Shown piece after piece: positions 18,497 through 28,037 of a stretch of 64,000 nt of DNA. The notes beneath the pieces are model-generated. The model was not told the DNA's origin, made no database searches, and saw only the letters and a program-made list of their open reading frames with translations. This DNA comes from Betaproteobacteria bacterium (GTDB taxonomy: Bacteria; Pseudomonadota; Gammaproteobacteria; Burkholderiales; SG8-41): positions 2,173 through 66,172 of the forward strand of contig JACPTK010000053.1 in the NCBI GenBank assembly GCA_016192825.1, in the 5' to 3' direction. How positions within the stretch are numbered: position 1 is the first letter of the stretch; each line of letters begins with the position of its first letter. The translations under genes and the position numbers were made by a program.

Positions 18497-18590
18497 CCCA
18501 CTGTTTGTACAGGCTTTGTTTATTCGAGAGCCCGCACGACCGCCAGTCAGCCGACGCTGACTGACGCTCGTTTCAGCGGCCGACCGCAAG

Positions 18591-18595
18591 CTAAC
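18591..18595. repeat. Target-site duplication CTAAC (left copy)
   Basis: CTAAC directly abuts the TG terminus at 18596. An identical pentamer abuts the CA terminus at 32303-32307. Confidence 0.85.
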
Positions 18596-18773
18596 TGAAG
18601 GGGAGCACCTGGTTTGCAAACTGCGGGAAGTGGTCGGGCTATTCGGGAAGATTCCGGATAGAGGGATGGGAATCAAGGGGTTGCGGCAACGGGTGGCGGG
18701 CGAAAACAGCGGATCAGCATGATTGCAAATTTCCCCGAAAACGGCCGCCGGGATCAGCTAGTTTGCAAATTCG
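18596..18773 (+). repeat. Left-end transposase-binding-type repeats (three sites)
   Basis: Site 1 is TGAAGGGGAGCACCTGGTTTGCAAAC (18596-). Site 2 is GGATCAGCATGATTGCAAAT (about 18711-18730). Site 3 is GGATCAGCTAGTTTGCAAATTCG (about 18751-18773). Confidence 0.75.
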
Positions 18774-18855
18774 GCGCGCGGCTACAGCTACCAGATAACA
18801 GACTGATACGGCGAAATTAAGGGGCTAATAATGGCCGGGGAAAGCGGCCCTGGGA

Positions 18856-18888
18856 GGTCCGCAATCAATGCCCGATTGCGGACCTTTT
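18856..18888 (+). terminator. Hairpin plus T-run inside the left arm
   Basis: GGTCCGCAATC-aatgccc-GATTGCGGACC-TTTT. A second hairpin, GGACCCCC-ggtgcct-GGGGGTCC, follows at 18891-18913. GGTCCGCAAT recurs at 18909. Confidence 0.45.
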
Positions 18889-19034
18889 GAGGACCCCCGG
18901 TGCCTGGGGGTCCGCAATGCTCAAAACGTACGCAGCTGTAGTGGATGTGCGTACGCAGCAAATAGGTGTAGGTCGAGCCGCCATCCAATATGGCGCGCCT
19001 CGGGTCGGTGATCCCGACGTCCCTGCCTACGCGG

Positions 19035-19280
19035 CTAGTCGATGTAGCGCAGGTAGGCGGCGGCGCGGGTGAGCCCGTCGTGGAGGGTGATCGCCTGGTC
19101 CTTGCCGAGCGCGAAGGCCCGCTCCCCGCCTCTCGGGTCGGCGAGCCTGAGGTAGATCAAGGGCTCACCGGAAAAGGAACTGACAATGACCTCGAAGGTC
19201 GTCTTCGGGGCGTACGGGTCGGGCTTTCCATTCTGGCCGACCGGGGAGAGTATCTCCAGAACATAGGATGTCGTCGCCAT
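19035..19280 (-). CDS. Small hypothetical protein (left-arm accessory ORF)
   Basis: ORF 19035..19352 trimmed to ATG 19280 (MATTSYVLEIL...), with GGAGAT 5 nt upstream. Confidence 0.5.
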   Translation of the reverse strand: MATTSYVLEILSPVGQNGKPDPYAPKTTFEVIVSSFSGEPLIYLRLADPRGGERAFALGKDQAITLHDGLTRAAAYLRYID

Positions 19281-19447
19281 GCTGATCTCCTCGCCGGGAC
19301 GCCAGACAGCCGGTTGAGCGGCCATTCTATTCCCAAATAGCGGAAGCCCCACACGGCGCGGAAATTAGCCCGGCCGGTCGTTGGTGATAGCAGATCGGAG
19401 TAAGAAGGCGGAGGCGGCAGCGCCGCCCCGCCTGGTGCGGCACAGAC

Positions 19448-19636
19448 TTACTCTCCGCCCTCCAGCTGCGCGAGGCGACCGCAGAGCGATTGCAGCTCGC
19501 GGCGCACGTCGGTGATGAGGGGCGGGATGCGCGACTTGTGCTGCTGCGGGTCGCCGATGCTGAGCGCCAGGCGCTCGATGCGCCGCAGCTTCGCATCGAC
19601 GCCGACCACGACGTTGATGATCAGGTCGCGGTTCAT
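19448..19636 (-). CDS. Small hypothetical protein (left-arm accessory ORF)
   Basis: 62 aa. Its ATG overlaps the stop of the upstream ORF (ATGA). Confidence 0.45.
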   Translation of the reverse strand: MNRDLIINVVVGVDAKLRRIERLALSIGDPQQHKSRIPPLITDVRRELQSLCGRLAQLEGGE

Positions 19637-19914
19637 GCGGCCGCCTCGCGGTCCCTCCCCAGCATGCGGCCGTGTGCGTCCAGCAGCGTCTCGCGAGCCG
19701 CCTCGATCTCATCATGCATCATGCCGAATACCACCTGGAAAGACTCGGCTGGCAGTTCATCAAGTTGCCACGGCTTCTCGTGCGCAGTGACATTCCCAGC
19801 GAGAGCGCTCATGAGCTTACACAGATGACCGACCTGATACAGGCGGTAATCGGCGGACTCGATCTGCGTGAAGGTGGCGTTGCCGAGAACGGGCGTGGGG
19901 GTGTTGCTGACCAT
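19633..19914 (-). CDS. Small hypothetical protein (left-arm accessory ORF)
   Basis: ORF 19633..20031 trimmed to ATG 19914 (MVSNTPTPVLG...), preceded by GGAGG. Confidence 0.5.
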   Translation of the reverse strand: MVSNTPTPVLGNATFTQIESADYRLYQVGHLCKLMSALAGNVTAHEKPWQLDELPAESFQVVFGMMHDEIEAARETLLDAHGRMLGRDREAAA

Positions 19915-20141
19915 GAGGGCCTCCAAGAGTTTAGAGAGGCCACCACCAATGCGAGGTGGCCGGGCGCACTCTCGGCCTCTTGGAAGCCGCGTCGAGCCTT
20001 CCCCTTGCGGGTCTTTTATAGCTCGTCTCAACCCCGGCCAGTAAGGGACGAAAAAAAGCCGCTGCTGACGGGGCGGACAACCGCCAAGAGTTTCGAGAGG
20101 AGTTCAGAATACAGCGGACGGCGGGCGGGGTCAAACTACCG

Positions 20142-20327
20142 CTAGGGCATCGAGCGCTTCAGCGCATCGCACTCGCCCCTGAGGAGCTTGGTTTGGCATT
20201 CGCTGCAGAGGTCGAGCGGATCGGTGGCGGCGCGTTCTTTTCGCTCTTCGTATTCGTCTGTCGGCCAGGCTTGGCAGTTCTGGCAGAAGTGCCATTGGTA
20301 GGTGTTGATCCGCCTCCTGTAAATCAC
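20142..20327 (-). CDS. Small zinc-ribbon protein (CxxC...CxxC)
   Basis: 61 aa with FCQNCQ and CSECQ pairs. It lies immediately downstream of the repressor gene and runs the same way. Confidence 0.5.
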   Translation of the reverse strand: MIYRRRINTYQWHFCQNCQAWPTDEYEERKERAATDPLDLCSECQTKLLRGECDALKRSMP

Positions 20328-20345
20328 CCCGCCCTCACGCAGCGA

Positions 20346-20972
20346 TCACGGCAATGCGGCCTTGACGGTCATCGCGACGATCTTCTTGTCGGCGTGCGCG
20401 GGTCCTTTGAATACATCATAGAGCGAGAGAATCAATTTAGCCTTCTTAACCGGAGGCAGCGACTTGCTCAGCGCGCGAAGTGTGTCATTGACCGCGGAGA
20501 AAATTTCCTCGAGGAGGTTGCCATTCTCTAATAGAGCGTCGATCAAATCCTCAACGTGTTCGTACTCAACAATCGTTCCTCGCGGCATCGACGACGCGAC
20601 CCGGTTAGTTCGGTAATTCAAAACCTCGTCTTCCACGACCAAATCTATCAGGCCATACAGCGCCTCCGCATTTATTCCAAATCGCTTGGCGATTGGATTC
20701 AAGACGCGATGAGTACCTAGCCCGAAAAGATTTCGAGGCGTGGAAGCTTCCGCGAACAGGACAAATCCGGCGTCGCCGCCGGCCTCTGCAAATGCTCTTA
20801 GATATTCCCCGTCAGGGCGGCGCTTTCCCGTCTCATAGTTGACCTGCGTCCCCCTGGTAATTCCCAGCTTCCGAGCAAGGGTCGCCTGTGTGAGCCCGAG
20901 CCTTTTCCTCTCAGTCTGAATGCGCGCCCCCCGCTGTTTGTCAACATTCGATGACATGGTATACAATCGCAT
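20346..20972 (-). CDS. Phage repressor, XRE-family HTH (Mu c-like position)
   Basis: 208 aa. The HTH is RLGLTQATLARKLGITRGTQVNYETGKR. It is divergent from ner/A/B across a 45-bp spacer. Start is either 20972 or 20957. Confidence 0.75.
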   Translation of the reverse strand: MRLYTMSSNVDKQRGARIQTERKRLGLTQATLARKLGITRGTQVNYETGKRRPDGEYLRAFAEAGGDAGFVLFAEASTPRNLFGLGTHRVLNPIAKRFGINAEALYGLIDLVVEDEVLNYRTNRVASSMPRGTIVEYEHVEDLIDALLENGNLLEEIFSAVNDTLRALSKSLPPVKKAKLILSLYDVFKGPAHADKKIVAMTVKAALP

Positions 20973-21017
20973 ACACTACGCTTTTGAAATTGAGGAATCG
21001 TAACAGGAGGTGATCGG

Positions 21018-21227
21018 ATGGCAAAGAAAGTGGGCCCCAGGAGCGCGGAGGATGTGCGCCGCGAATTCGAGCGGAAGGGAACGAGCATCGCGGAATGGGC
21101 GCGCGAGCACGGCGTATCCAGCCAGCTCGTTAGCGGTGTCCTCAGCGGGCGCATTCGTGGGCGGATCGGGCGCAGCCACCGCATTGCGGTTTTGCTCGGC
21201 ATGAAAGACGGGGAAATCGCTAGCTGA
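21018..21227 (+). CDS. ner: Ner-like DNA-binding protein
   Basis: 69 aa with AGGAGG upstream. The HTH is GTSIAEWAREHGVSSQLVSGVL. It sits between the repressor and the transposase, as in Mu. Confidence 0.65.
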   Translation: MAKKVGPRSAEDVRREFERKGTSIAEWAREHGVSSQLVSGVLSGRIRGRIGRSHRIAVLLGMKDGEIAS

Positions 21228-21228
21228 C

Positions 21229-23280
21229 ATGACGACCATCCAAAACAAGAAGCGCGAAACAGCGCTCGTTCGCAAGCTGGGGGACTCAGCGCAGCCTGGC
21301 GCCCGCTGGATTCCAATCGCCGTTTTCTCGCAACTCGCCGGCATCACAAAGCGCGTCGCTCGAAAGATCGCACGACGAACCACCTGGCGCGGCGCCCAGC
21401 TGCAAGTTCGCAAGGTACCCGGCCGGGGCGGCGCGAGCGGCATGCTGCACGAAGTCCTCATCTCATCGCTGCCGCCTGCGTTGCAGGTCAAATGGCACAA
21501 GCTGCAGCAGCCAGCCAGTCTGCCGGCCGGCGTGGAGGAGCAGCTCGCGGAACTCAGAGAAAAATACTCCCCGGCCGAGCCCCGTCCCTGGACACAGGAG
21601 GAGCGCGAGGCGCGGCACGCGGCGCATTCACGGCTGCCGACATCCGTTCAGCTGAGGGGAAAGCGCCGGTTCCAGGCGGTGATCCTGTTTGACTCGCTCA
21701 GCGCGATCGGCTCGCCAGCCGCCGAGCGCTACGCAGTAGCGGCGAAAGAGGCGGGCGTTTCGCCGGACAGCGTGCGCCGCTGGGTGGAATTGTGCCGCGG
21801 CCTCGATCGAGGCGACTGGATAGTGGCGCTCGCGCCAAGGCACCGGGACCGGGAGCTGACAGCGCAAGCACCGTTTGATCAGGAGGCGCTCGAATATATT
21901 TGGACCGAGTATTTCCGCCTCACAAAACCGAACTTAAAGGCCGTTTGTCGGCGCGCGGTTCGATTCGGCAAAGAGCGCGGATGGGCGATCCCCTCTTACA
22001 CCACCGTGAAGCGCCGCGTTAATGCCGAGCCGCACCCCTTCCGCGTCTTGATGCGCGAAGGACAAGAGGCTTTCGAGAAGCTCTACCCCACGCAGCAGCG
22101 CGACTACAGCACGCTGCGCTTGCACGAAATTTGGTGCTGTGACGGAAGGCGCGCCGACGTTTTCTGCCGCTGGGAGGATGGGACGGTCAGCCGGCCTATC
22201 GTGATCACCTGGCAAGAGGTGCGCAGCAGGGTGATCCTCGCGTATCTAGTCGCTCGCACGGAGAGCGCGGACTCAATCCGGCTCGCCTTCAAAGACGCCG
22301 CGGAAAAGTATCGCGTGATCCCCGCGCACGCGTTGCTCGATAATTCGAGGGCGTTCGGCTCGAAGCTCTTGACGGGCGGCGCGCCCAATCGCTTCCGCTT
22401 CAAGGTGCGCGAAGAGGAACTCCCCGGAATTCTCACCCAGATGGGAATCGGGGTGATCTGGACGCTGCCCTTTGCCGGGCGCAGCAAGCCGATCGAGAGC
22501 TTTCACCGGCAATACGCTGAAGCCGAGAAGCGCCTCGCCGGGGCTTATTGCGGCAACCGTCCCGACGCTCGCCCCGAAGATTTTGATGAGGCGAAGGCGG
22601 TGCCGATCGAACAATACCGCAAGCTCATCGAGGAAACGCTCGCCGAATACCACGCCCGAGCGCATCGCGGCGACTCGATGGAGGGGCGCAGCCCGCGCGA
22701 AGTGTACGAGGCGCTGCTACCGCAATGCGCGCCCCGCCAGCCGTCCCGCGATCAGCTCAGGCTTTGCCTTCTTGCGGCGGACAGCGTCAAACTCGATCCG
22801 GACACCGGCGCGGTGCGGCTCCTGGGGAACCGCTACTGGTGCGAGAAGCTCGCCCAGCAGCCCCGTGATCGCGCATACGTCGTGCGGTTCAATCCGCAGG
22901 ATCTGACCGAAGAGGTGGCGATCTACGACGGCGAGCGCTTCGTTTGCGAGGCGCCGATCATCGCGCGCACGGGCTTCAAGGATTCGCAGTCCGCCAGGAA
23001 CGAGCAGCGCGCGAGGCGGCAATTCTTGAAGAGCCAGAAGCGGCAGGTTGTCGCCCGCGGTGACATGAGCAAGGCGCGCGCATGGATCACGCCGCCGGAC
23101 GTTTCTGACGCCCTGCAGGCTGAAGTCGAGAAAGCGGTGCTGCCCGCGCCGAAAGTCGTTACACCGCTGCGTCCGGTTCGAGACTATCGCCCCGAAAAAC
23201 CGGAGGAGCCGATCATCTCGAAAGACGATTTCCTGCAGATCATCCTCGATCACGACCAGCGCCGCGCCGGCGAAGGATAA
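21229..23280 (+). CDS. Mu-type DDE transposase (A protein)
   Basis: 683 aa. The candidate DDE triad is WCCDGRRADV / LLDNSRAFG / KPIESFHRQ. The size and the position upstream of an AAA+ partner fit an A protein. Confidence 0.85.
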   Translation: MTTIQNKKRETALVRKLGDSAQPGARWIPIAVFSQLAGITKRVARKIARRTTWRGAQLQVRKVPGRGGASGMLHEVLISSLPPALQVKWHKLQQPASLPAGVEEQLAELREKYSPAEPRPWTQEEREARHAAHSRLPTSVQLRGKRRFQAVILFDSLSAIGSPAAERYAVAAKEAGVSPDSVRRWVELCRGLDRGDWIVALAPRHRDRELTAQAPFDQEALEYIWTEYFRLTKPNLKAVCRRAVRFGKERGWAIPSYTTVKRRVNAEPHPFRVLMREGQEAFEKLYPTQQRDYSTLRLHEIWCCDGRRADVFCRWEDGTVSRPIVITWQEVRSRVILAYLVARTESADSIRLAFKDAAEKYRVIPAHALLDNSRAFGSKLLTGGAPNRFRFKVREEELPGILTQMGIGVIWTLPFAGRSKPIESFHRQYAEAEKRLAGAYCGNRPDARPEDFDEAKAVPIEQYRKLIEETLAEYHARAHRGDSMEGRSPREVYEALLPQCAPRQPSRDQLRLCLLAADSVKLDPDTGAVRLLGNRYWCEKLAQQPRDRAYVVRFNPQDLTEEVAIYDGERFVCEAPIIARTGFKDSQSARNEQRARRQFLKSQKRQVVARGDMSKARAWITPPDVSDALQAEVEKAVLPAPKVVTPLRPVRDYRPEKPEEPIISKDDFLQIILDHDQRRAGEG

Positions 23281-23285
23281 CAACA

Positions 23286-24095
23286 ATGACCGCCATCAAA
23301 CGCTTGCACGAGGTTTCCATCGAGGACGCCGCGCCGGCTCCAATCAAGACCGCCGCCGCCGATGGGCCAGCGCCCGCGTGGGTCGAGACCCCGACCTCCA
23401 AGAAAATCTATCAGGCGATCTTGCATGCACAGACCACGCCCACGCTCGTGCTGATCTACGGTGCGCCGGGGGTTTCAAAGACGACGACGGCGGCCCGTTA
23501 CGTGGAAGAGCGCGACCCGCGCTGGCATGAGCGCGGCGCCTATCACATCAATCTGCTGGGCGTGAAGTCCTCGGCCTCGATGCTCCAGACGATTCACGCG
23601 GTGATCCGCACGCCCAGGTATATCGACGCCTACCGTAACGTGACGCTGATGCGCTCGCTCGCCAATTGCCTCGAGCCGGGATCGTTGCTGATTCTCGATG
23701 AGGCGCAATCGCTGCGCCCGGACGCGCTCGACGCCGTGCGGTTTTTTCTCGACGAGCGGGACGTCGGCCTCGTTCTGATGGGCAACGAGATCGTGTACGG
23801 CGCCATTGCCAGCAAGAGCGCGCGGGCACATTTCGCGCAGCTGAGCAGCCGCATCGGCCTCAAGCTCCACCTTCCGCATCCCACCGAAGCCGATGCAGAC
23901 GCGGTTCTCAAGGCTTGGGGCGTGACTGATGACGCCGGGCGCGAATACGGCCGGAAGATCGCGCTCGGGCCGGGCGGCCTGCGGCAACTTGCCCAGCTGC
24001 TAAGGCACGCACGGACTGCGGCTGCCGCGACGAGGCGGTCATTGGATCACCGGCTGATGCACGCCGCGGCCAGCGCCTTGGGATTAATCGAGTGA
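23286..24095 (+). CDS. Transposition ATPase (MuB/TniB-like AAA+)
   Basis: 269 aa. Walker A is GAPGVSKTT and Walker B is LLILDEAQ. Confidence 0.8.
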   Translation: MTAIKRLHEVSIEDAAPAPIKTAAADGPAPAWVETPTSKKIYQAILHAQTTPTLVLIYGAPGVSKTTTAARYVEERDPRWHERGAYHINLLGVKSSASMLQTIHAVIRTPRYIDAYRNVTLMRSLANCLEPGSLLILDEAQSLRPDALDAVRFFLDERDVGLVLMGNEIVYGAIASKSARAHFAQLSSRIGLKLHLPHPTEADADAVLKAWGVTDDAGREYGRKIALGPGGLRQLAQLLRHARTAAAATRRSLDHRLMHAAASALGLIE

Positions 24096-24096
24096 A

Positions 24097-24648
24097 ATGC
24101 GCGTGAGGCATACCTGGAGATCTGCTAAGGCCCGACCCGTGGCCAGGGCGATGGAAACGCTAATCGCTGTTTCGCCTGAGACCGTACGCCAGATCAGACA
24201 GCAATACGGTGAAGATGTCGCGCTGATTAGCGCCGCAATGGAATGCCTCGCGGCGCGCTTCCGAGAAAAAGGCGCAGCGCTGTCCTCGCCGAGCGCCGTG
24301 CGAGATTACCTTCGGTTGTTACTTACGCCGCTGCAGCATGAAGTGTTCATGGGGATATTTGTTGACGCGCAGAACCACGTGCTGGCGGTGGAGGAGTTAT
24401 TCCGCGGCACCCTTACCAAGACCAGCGTCTACCCGCGCGAGGTGGTGAAGCGCGCGCTCCAACACAACGCCGCCGCGCTGATCTTTGCCCACAACCACCC
24501 CTCGGGCACCGCGGAGCCGAGCGGGTCCGACGTGGTCCTGACCCGGACCCTTCAGCAAGCGCTTGCGCTGGTGGACGTCAAGGTGCTTGATCACTTCGTC
24601 ATCGGCGCACGGGCGGCGACATCATTAGTTGAGCGCGGGTTATTTTGA
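24097..24648 (+). CDS. RadC-like JAB-domain protein
   Basis: [16 protein letters not shown] is the JAMM/RadC signature. The start could be ATG 24151. Confidence 0.75.
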   Translation: MRVRHTWRSAKARPVARAMETLIAVSPETVRQIRQQYGEDVALISAAMECLAARFREKGAALSSPSAVRDYLRLLLTPLQHEVFMGIFVDAQNHVLAVEELFRGTLTKTSVYPREVVKRALQHNAAALIFAHNHPSGTAEPSGSDVVLTRTLQQALALVDVKVLDHFVIGARAATSLVERGLF

Positions 24649-24667
24649 AACGGCAAGTCTCGAAGGC

Positions 24668-25117
24668 ATGGGTAATCTCGGCGCAATAATCTCCAAGGAG
24701 CGCAAGGCGGTGATCCACGTCGCGAAGGCGCAACTCGCCATGACGGACGAGGATTACCGCGCGCTCCTGGCGCGCGTGGCAGGCGTCAGCTCGTCGGCCG
24801 ATCTCGATGACCCCGGCTTCGAGGCAGTGATGGCTGAGTTCGAGCGGCTGGGATTCCGGTCGGCGAAACACCGCGCGCCGGCTGGGCAACGCGAGGGCAT
24901 GGCAACACCCGCCCAGGTCGGCAGGATCCGGGCGCTGTGGAAGGCATACACGGGTGACTATGACGAGCCAGGCTTGGAACGCTGGCTCGAAGTTCACCTC
25001 CACGCATCGAGCCTGCGATTTCTCGATGCGTGGCGCGCCGGCAAAGCGGTTGCGATTCTTGAGGGCATGGTTGCCAAGAAGCGCGCGAAGGCCGGGACAG
25101 GAGAATCGCTGTCATGA
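24668..25117 (+). CDS. gemA: Mu gp16/GemA-like (DUF1018-type) regulatory protein
   Basis: ORF 24629..25117 trimmed to ATG 24668. KAVIHVAKAQLAMTDEDYRALL...ATPAQVGRIRALW resembles the GemA family, and the position is Mu-like. Confidence 0.55.
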   Translation: MGNLGAIISKERKAVIHVAKAQLAMTDEDYRALLARVAGVSSSADLDDPGFEAVMAEFERLGFRSAKHRAPAGQREGMATPAQVGRIRALWKAYTGDYDEPGLERWLEVHLHASSLRFLDAWRAGKAVAILEGMVAKKRAKAGTGESLS

Positions 25118-25404
25118 AACGCCGAGCGGGTCCGGTCGAGATCACCGCCGCCAAGTGGCGCCGGCTTCATTTGCTAGGCAACCCGCCGAGAATCGCGGGC
25201 GACCCGGAGGTGCGGGAATTCCTGAAGAAGGCGCTGCGCACCATGTCGTTCAAACGGGCGGCCGAGGCATGCGGGCAGCGATTCGGCGCCAGGGCGCCGG
25301 GAAAGTCCGCGATTCATCGCTACTGGAAAAAGTACTGGCAAGAACCCCGCCAGAATCGCGCTGGGGTGGCCTGCGCCGGCCGGGTCGCTACCACCCTACG
25401 CTAA
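25114..25404 (+). CDS. Hypothetical early-region protein
   Basis: 96 aa with an ATGA overlap onto the gemA-like gene. Confidence 0.45.
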   Translation: MKRRAGPVEITAAKWRRLHLLGNPPRIAGDPEVREFLKKALRTMSFKRAAEACGQRFGARAPGKSAIHRYWKKYWQEPRQNRAGVACAGRVATTLR

Positions 25405-25587
25405 AAACCAACCCCCCTCTAAAGACCCTCTCAAAAACGCTCCTAGTGGCCTTCTTGAGGCGATTTTCGTGAAAAGGACCCCTCAAAAAGCCGGAGGCCC
25501 GACGCTATTAGCGGCCCACCATGCCGTTGGAGCCGGGCTCGACGGCCGGGGTTGGGATGTCCAGGGCACCGGGACCCCTGTTAAGCG

Positions 25588-25611
25588 CCTGTTAACTGCG
25601 TTTTTAACAGG
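25588..25611. promoter_or_regulatory. Perfect dyad CCTGTTAA-N8-TTAACAGG upstream of the mor-like gene
   Basis: Read directly. An extra CCTGTTAAG copy lies at 25577-25585. The dyad is 40 bp upstream of ATG 25651. Confidence 0.35.
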
Positions 25612-25650
25612 CATCCCAGAGGCCGGAACACCCCACATAGGCTGCTCGCA

Positions 25651-25995
25651 ATGACTCTCCCCCCCGTACAGCAGGGCGCCGGCCGGTCCGGACGCTACCC
25701 CGAAATCCTGGCGAGCCTGGCGGAAACCGTGACCGAGATACTGATCCGCAAAGGCATCGAACCCGAGATCGCGCGCTCGACCGGCGAGGAAACTGTCGAG
25801 CACGTGCGCAAGCGCTTCGGCGGCGAGCTGGTCTACATCCCGATGGGCCTCGGCTACGATCTCGATCAGCGCAACCGAGAAATCCGCCGCCGGCTCGCCG
25901 CGGGCGAGCCGCGCGATGAAGTCCGCCGCGAGTTCAATCTCTCCGACACGACGATGCGGCGAATCGAAAACGGCGACGCGCCGCGTCGCCGCTGA
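25651..25995 (+). CDS. mor: Mor-family transcription activator
   Basis: 114 aa. It has FGGELVYIPMG plus a C-terminal HTH (EFNLSDTTMRRI), which is the Mor pattern. Confidence 0.7.
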   Translation: MTLPPVQQGAGRSGRYPEILASLAETVTEILIRKGIEPEIARSTGEETVEHVRKRFGGELVYIPMGLGYDLDQRNREIRRRLAAGEPRDEVRREFNLSDTTMRRIENGDAPRRR

Positions 25996-26210
25996 TCTAT
26001 AACGTACGTTGAAAGACTTGGCGGCCTCTCACCGCTAGCATCGTCCCCGGTGTTGCGTACAGGAAGTGAGGGGCCAGGTGGTGGGACGGGTCGGCGCTTT
26101 TCCGGACGGAGGGCCGCACCCGAGTCCCGTCAAGCCGCTGATTTCGTCCCACCTCTTGGCCCTTTCCTTCATGAACGCCGACAAGCGAAGACTTCGAGCG
26201 AGGTAAGAAC

Positions 26211-26942
26211 ATGAGCGCCGCCGGAACACTCAAGCGATTGGCCGCAGCTGTCTTTGGAGGGGCAGGAGACTCACCGATTCCGCAGGGGCTGGCGAGCCTG
26301 CCGAGCCTGATCACCGCGCAGAAAACCATCGCCCAGATCCGCAAGGTGATGGATGAACGCAGCCGCCTCTTCGCGCTGAGAGATCAGGAGCTGGAAAAAC
26401 TCGACTCGCTCGGCCGCCGCGCGAGCGAACTCGACGCCGCGCGGGTTGAAGCGCTCACCGAGCATCGCGTCAGCGCCGACTCCGCGGCGGGCGAGAAAGC
26501 TGGCGGGCTCCTCAAGCAGGTCGCCGAGATTCGGCAGGAAATGAACGACGCGGATGCCGTCGCGGCGCGTCTGGACAAGCGCGCGAAGGAGCTCGACATC
26601 GAGATCGAGCCGCTCAAGCGGATGTATCAGGGCGATCTTGGGCTCTTCCTGTGCGAAGTCTACGGGCGCCTGTCGGAGCACTACGAGAAACACGCCAGGG
26701 AAGCGGGCGAGGCGGTCGTCACAATCGCCGCGCTGCACCGGGTGATGATGCGGTACCAGACGGGGAACAGCAACGGCTGGGACGGCAGCCTGCAGCTGCC
26801 CAGCATCGTCCCCGGCCAGGGCAACACGATCCCGCCGCTCTTCGCGGCTGGTTCCTCGAATTTCAGTCGGGCCGCGAGCGAGCGCATGGAGGAGATCATC
26901 GAACAGATGCGGGCCGCCGGGTTCATCTGGAAATTCGATTGA
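26211..26942 (+). CDS. Coiled-coil protein, possible head scaffold
   Basis: 243 aa with a long charged helical stretch. It lies immediately upstream of the capsid-like gene. The functional call rests on position only. Confidence 0.4.
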   Translation: MSAAGTLKRLAAAVFGGAGDSPIPQGLASLPSLITAQKTIAQIRKVMDERSRLFALRDQELEKLDSLGRRASELDAARVEALTEHRVSADSAAGEKAGGLLKQVAEIRQEMNDADAVAARLDKRAKELDIEIEPLKRMYQGDLGLFLCEVYGRLSEHYEKHAREAGEAVVTIAALHRVMMRYQTGNSNGWDGSLQLPSIVPGQGNTIPPLFAAGSSNFSRAASERMEEIIEQMRAAGFIWKFD

Positions 26943-26974
26943 CCCGCGCCGCGTTTACCCCGGAGATAGTGCAG

Positions 26975-28015
26975 ATGCCAAACGTGCCCTGCAAAGCAGC
27001 TGTGTTGCTAGATCGATTCTTTTCGCGCGAGGGGGGAGTACGATCATTCCGCGAGTGCTACATCGAGATTACCGGCGACAAGCGGCTCACCGGCCGTATC
27101 GAGAACTGCGACCTCGTGAGGATGCGCGAGTCGCTCGACACTGACCTCTGGTCCAACGTGTTCGCGAACTCGGTCAACCGGCGCATGGTGGCGGAGTACC
27201 GGCGCGGCGGCGTGTACTCCGTATGGCGGAAGCTGGTGAAGATCGCCGGCAACGTGAATGATTTCCGCACCCAGGAGCGGGTGCGCTATGGCGGCTATGG
27301 CGCATTGCCCACGGTGAACCAGGGCGCGGCCTATCTCGCGCTTCCCTCGCCGCCCGGCGAGAAGGCGTCGTACGCCGTCAGCAAGCGCGGCGGTATCGAA
27401 TCTCTCACGCTGGAGATGGTCAAGAACGACGACGTGCAGGCGATTCGCGCGATCCCGACGCGCCTGTCGGAAGCGGCGCAGCGCACGCTCAACGATTTCG
27501 TGATGGACTTCCTCCGGACTAACCCAGTGATCTATGACGGCGTGGCCCTCTTTGACGCCGCGCACGGCAACCTCGGCAACGCAGCTCTCTCGGCGGTCGG
27601 GATGGAGGGCGCGCGCACCGCAATGCGCAAGCAGACGGAACTCGGCAGCGGTCAGCGGCTGCGCATTACCCCGCGTTTCTTGTGGGTGCCGTTGGACCAG
27701 GAGGAAACCGGCTTCAATATCTTTCGGCGAGGCACCAACAACGACAAAACCTTCGTTCAAAGCATGGACGTTGAGGTCGTTCCGGTGCTGGACTGGACCG
27801 ATACCAACGACTGGTGCGCCTCGGCCGATCCGGAGAGCTGTCCCACGATCGAGCTTGCTTTCCTCGACGGGCAAGAAGAACCGGAACTCTTCATGCAGGA
27901 TCATCCGAGCGCCGGCTCGCTGTTCTCGCACGATCAGGTGACCATGAAGATCCGCCACATCTACGGCGGCGCCGTCGTAGACTATCGCGGGCTCTATAAG
28001 TCGGTCGTCGTGTAG
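26975..28015 (+). CDS. Major capsid-like protein (HK97-fold type)
   Basis: ORF 26651..28015 trimmed to ATG 26975, with GGAGAT 7 nt upstream. It is 346 aa. ALFDAAHGNL...RFLWVPLDQEE...DWCASADP...IELAFLDGQEEPELF follows the pattern I associate with Mu gpT-like and other major head proteins. Confidence 0.55.
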   Translation: MPNVPCKAAVLLDRFFSREGGVRSFRECYIEITGDKRLTGRIENCDLVRMRESLDTDLWSNVFANSVNRRMVAEYRRGGVYSVWRKLVKIAGNVNDFRTQERVRYGGYGALPTVNQGAAYLALPSPPGEKASYAVSKRGGIESLTLEMVKNDDVQAIRAIPTRLSEAAQRTLNDFVMDFLRTNPVIYDGVALFDAAHGNLGNAALSAVGMEGARTAMRKQTELGSGQRLRITPRFLWVPLDQEETGFNIFRRGTNNDKTFVQSMDVEVVPVLDWTDTNDWCASADPESCPTIELAFLDGQEEPELFMQDHPSAGSLFSHDQVTMKIRHIYGGAVVDYRGLYKSVVV

Positions 28016-28037
28016 GCGGCGGCTCCTACAGGCCCTC

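Noticed and set aside
17621-18676. 351-aa minus-strand ORF overlapping the 17855..18496 plus-strand ORF and running into the Mu left end
   Set aside because: Off-frame-type composition (Arg/Ala/Gly-rich). It crosses the element boundary at 18596, which a real host gene disrupted by the insertion would not do in frame.
26651-26974. N-terminal 108-aa extension of the capsid-like ORF (ORF-track start 26651)
   Set aside because: The extension overlaps the preceding coiled-coil gene out of frame and is Arg/Pro/Gly-rich. ATG 26975 has a GGAGAT RBS and follows that gene's stop.
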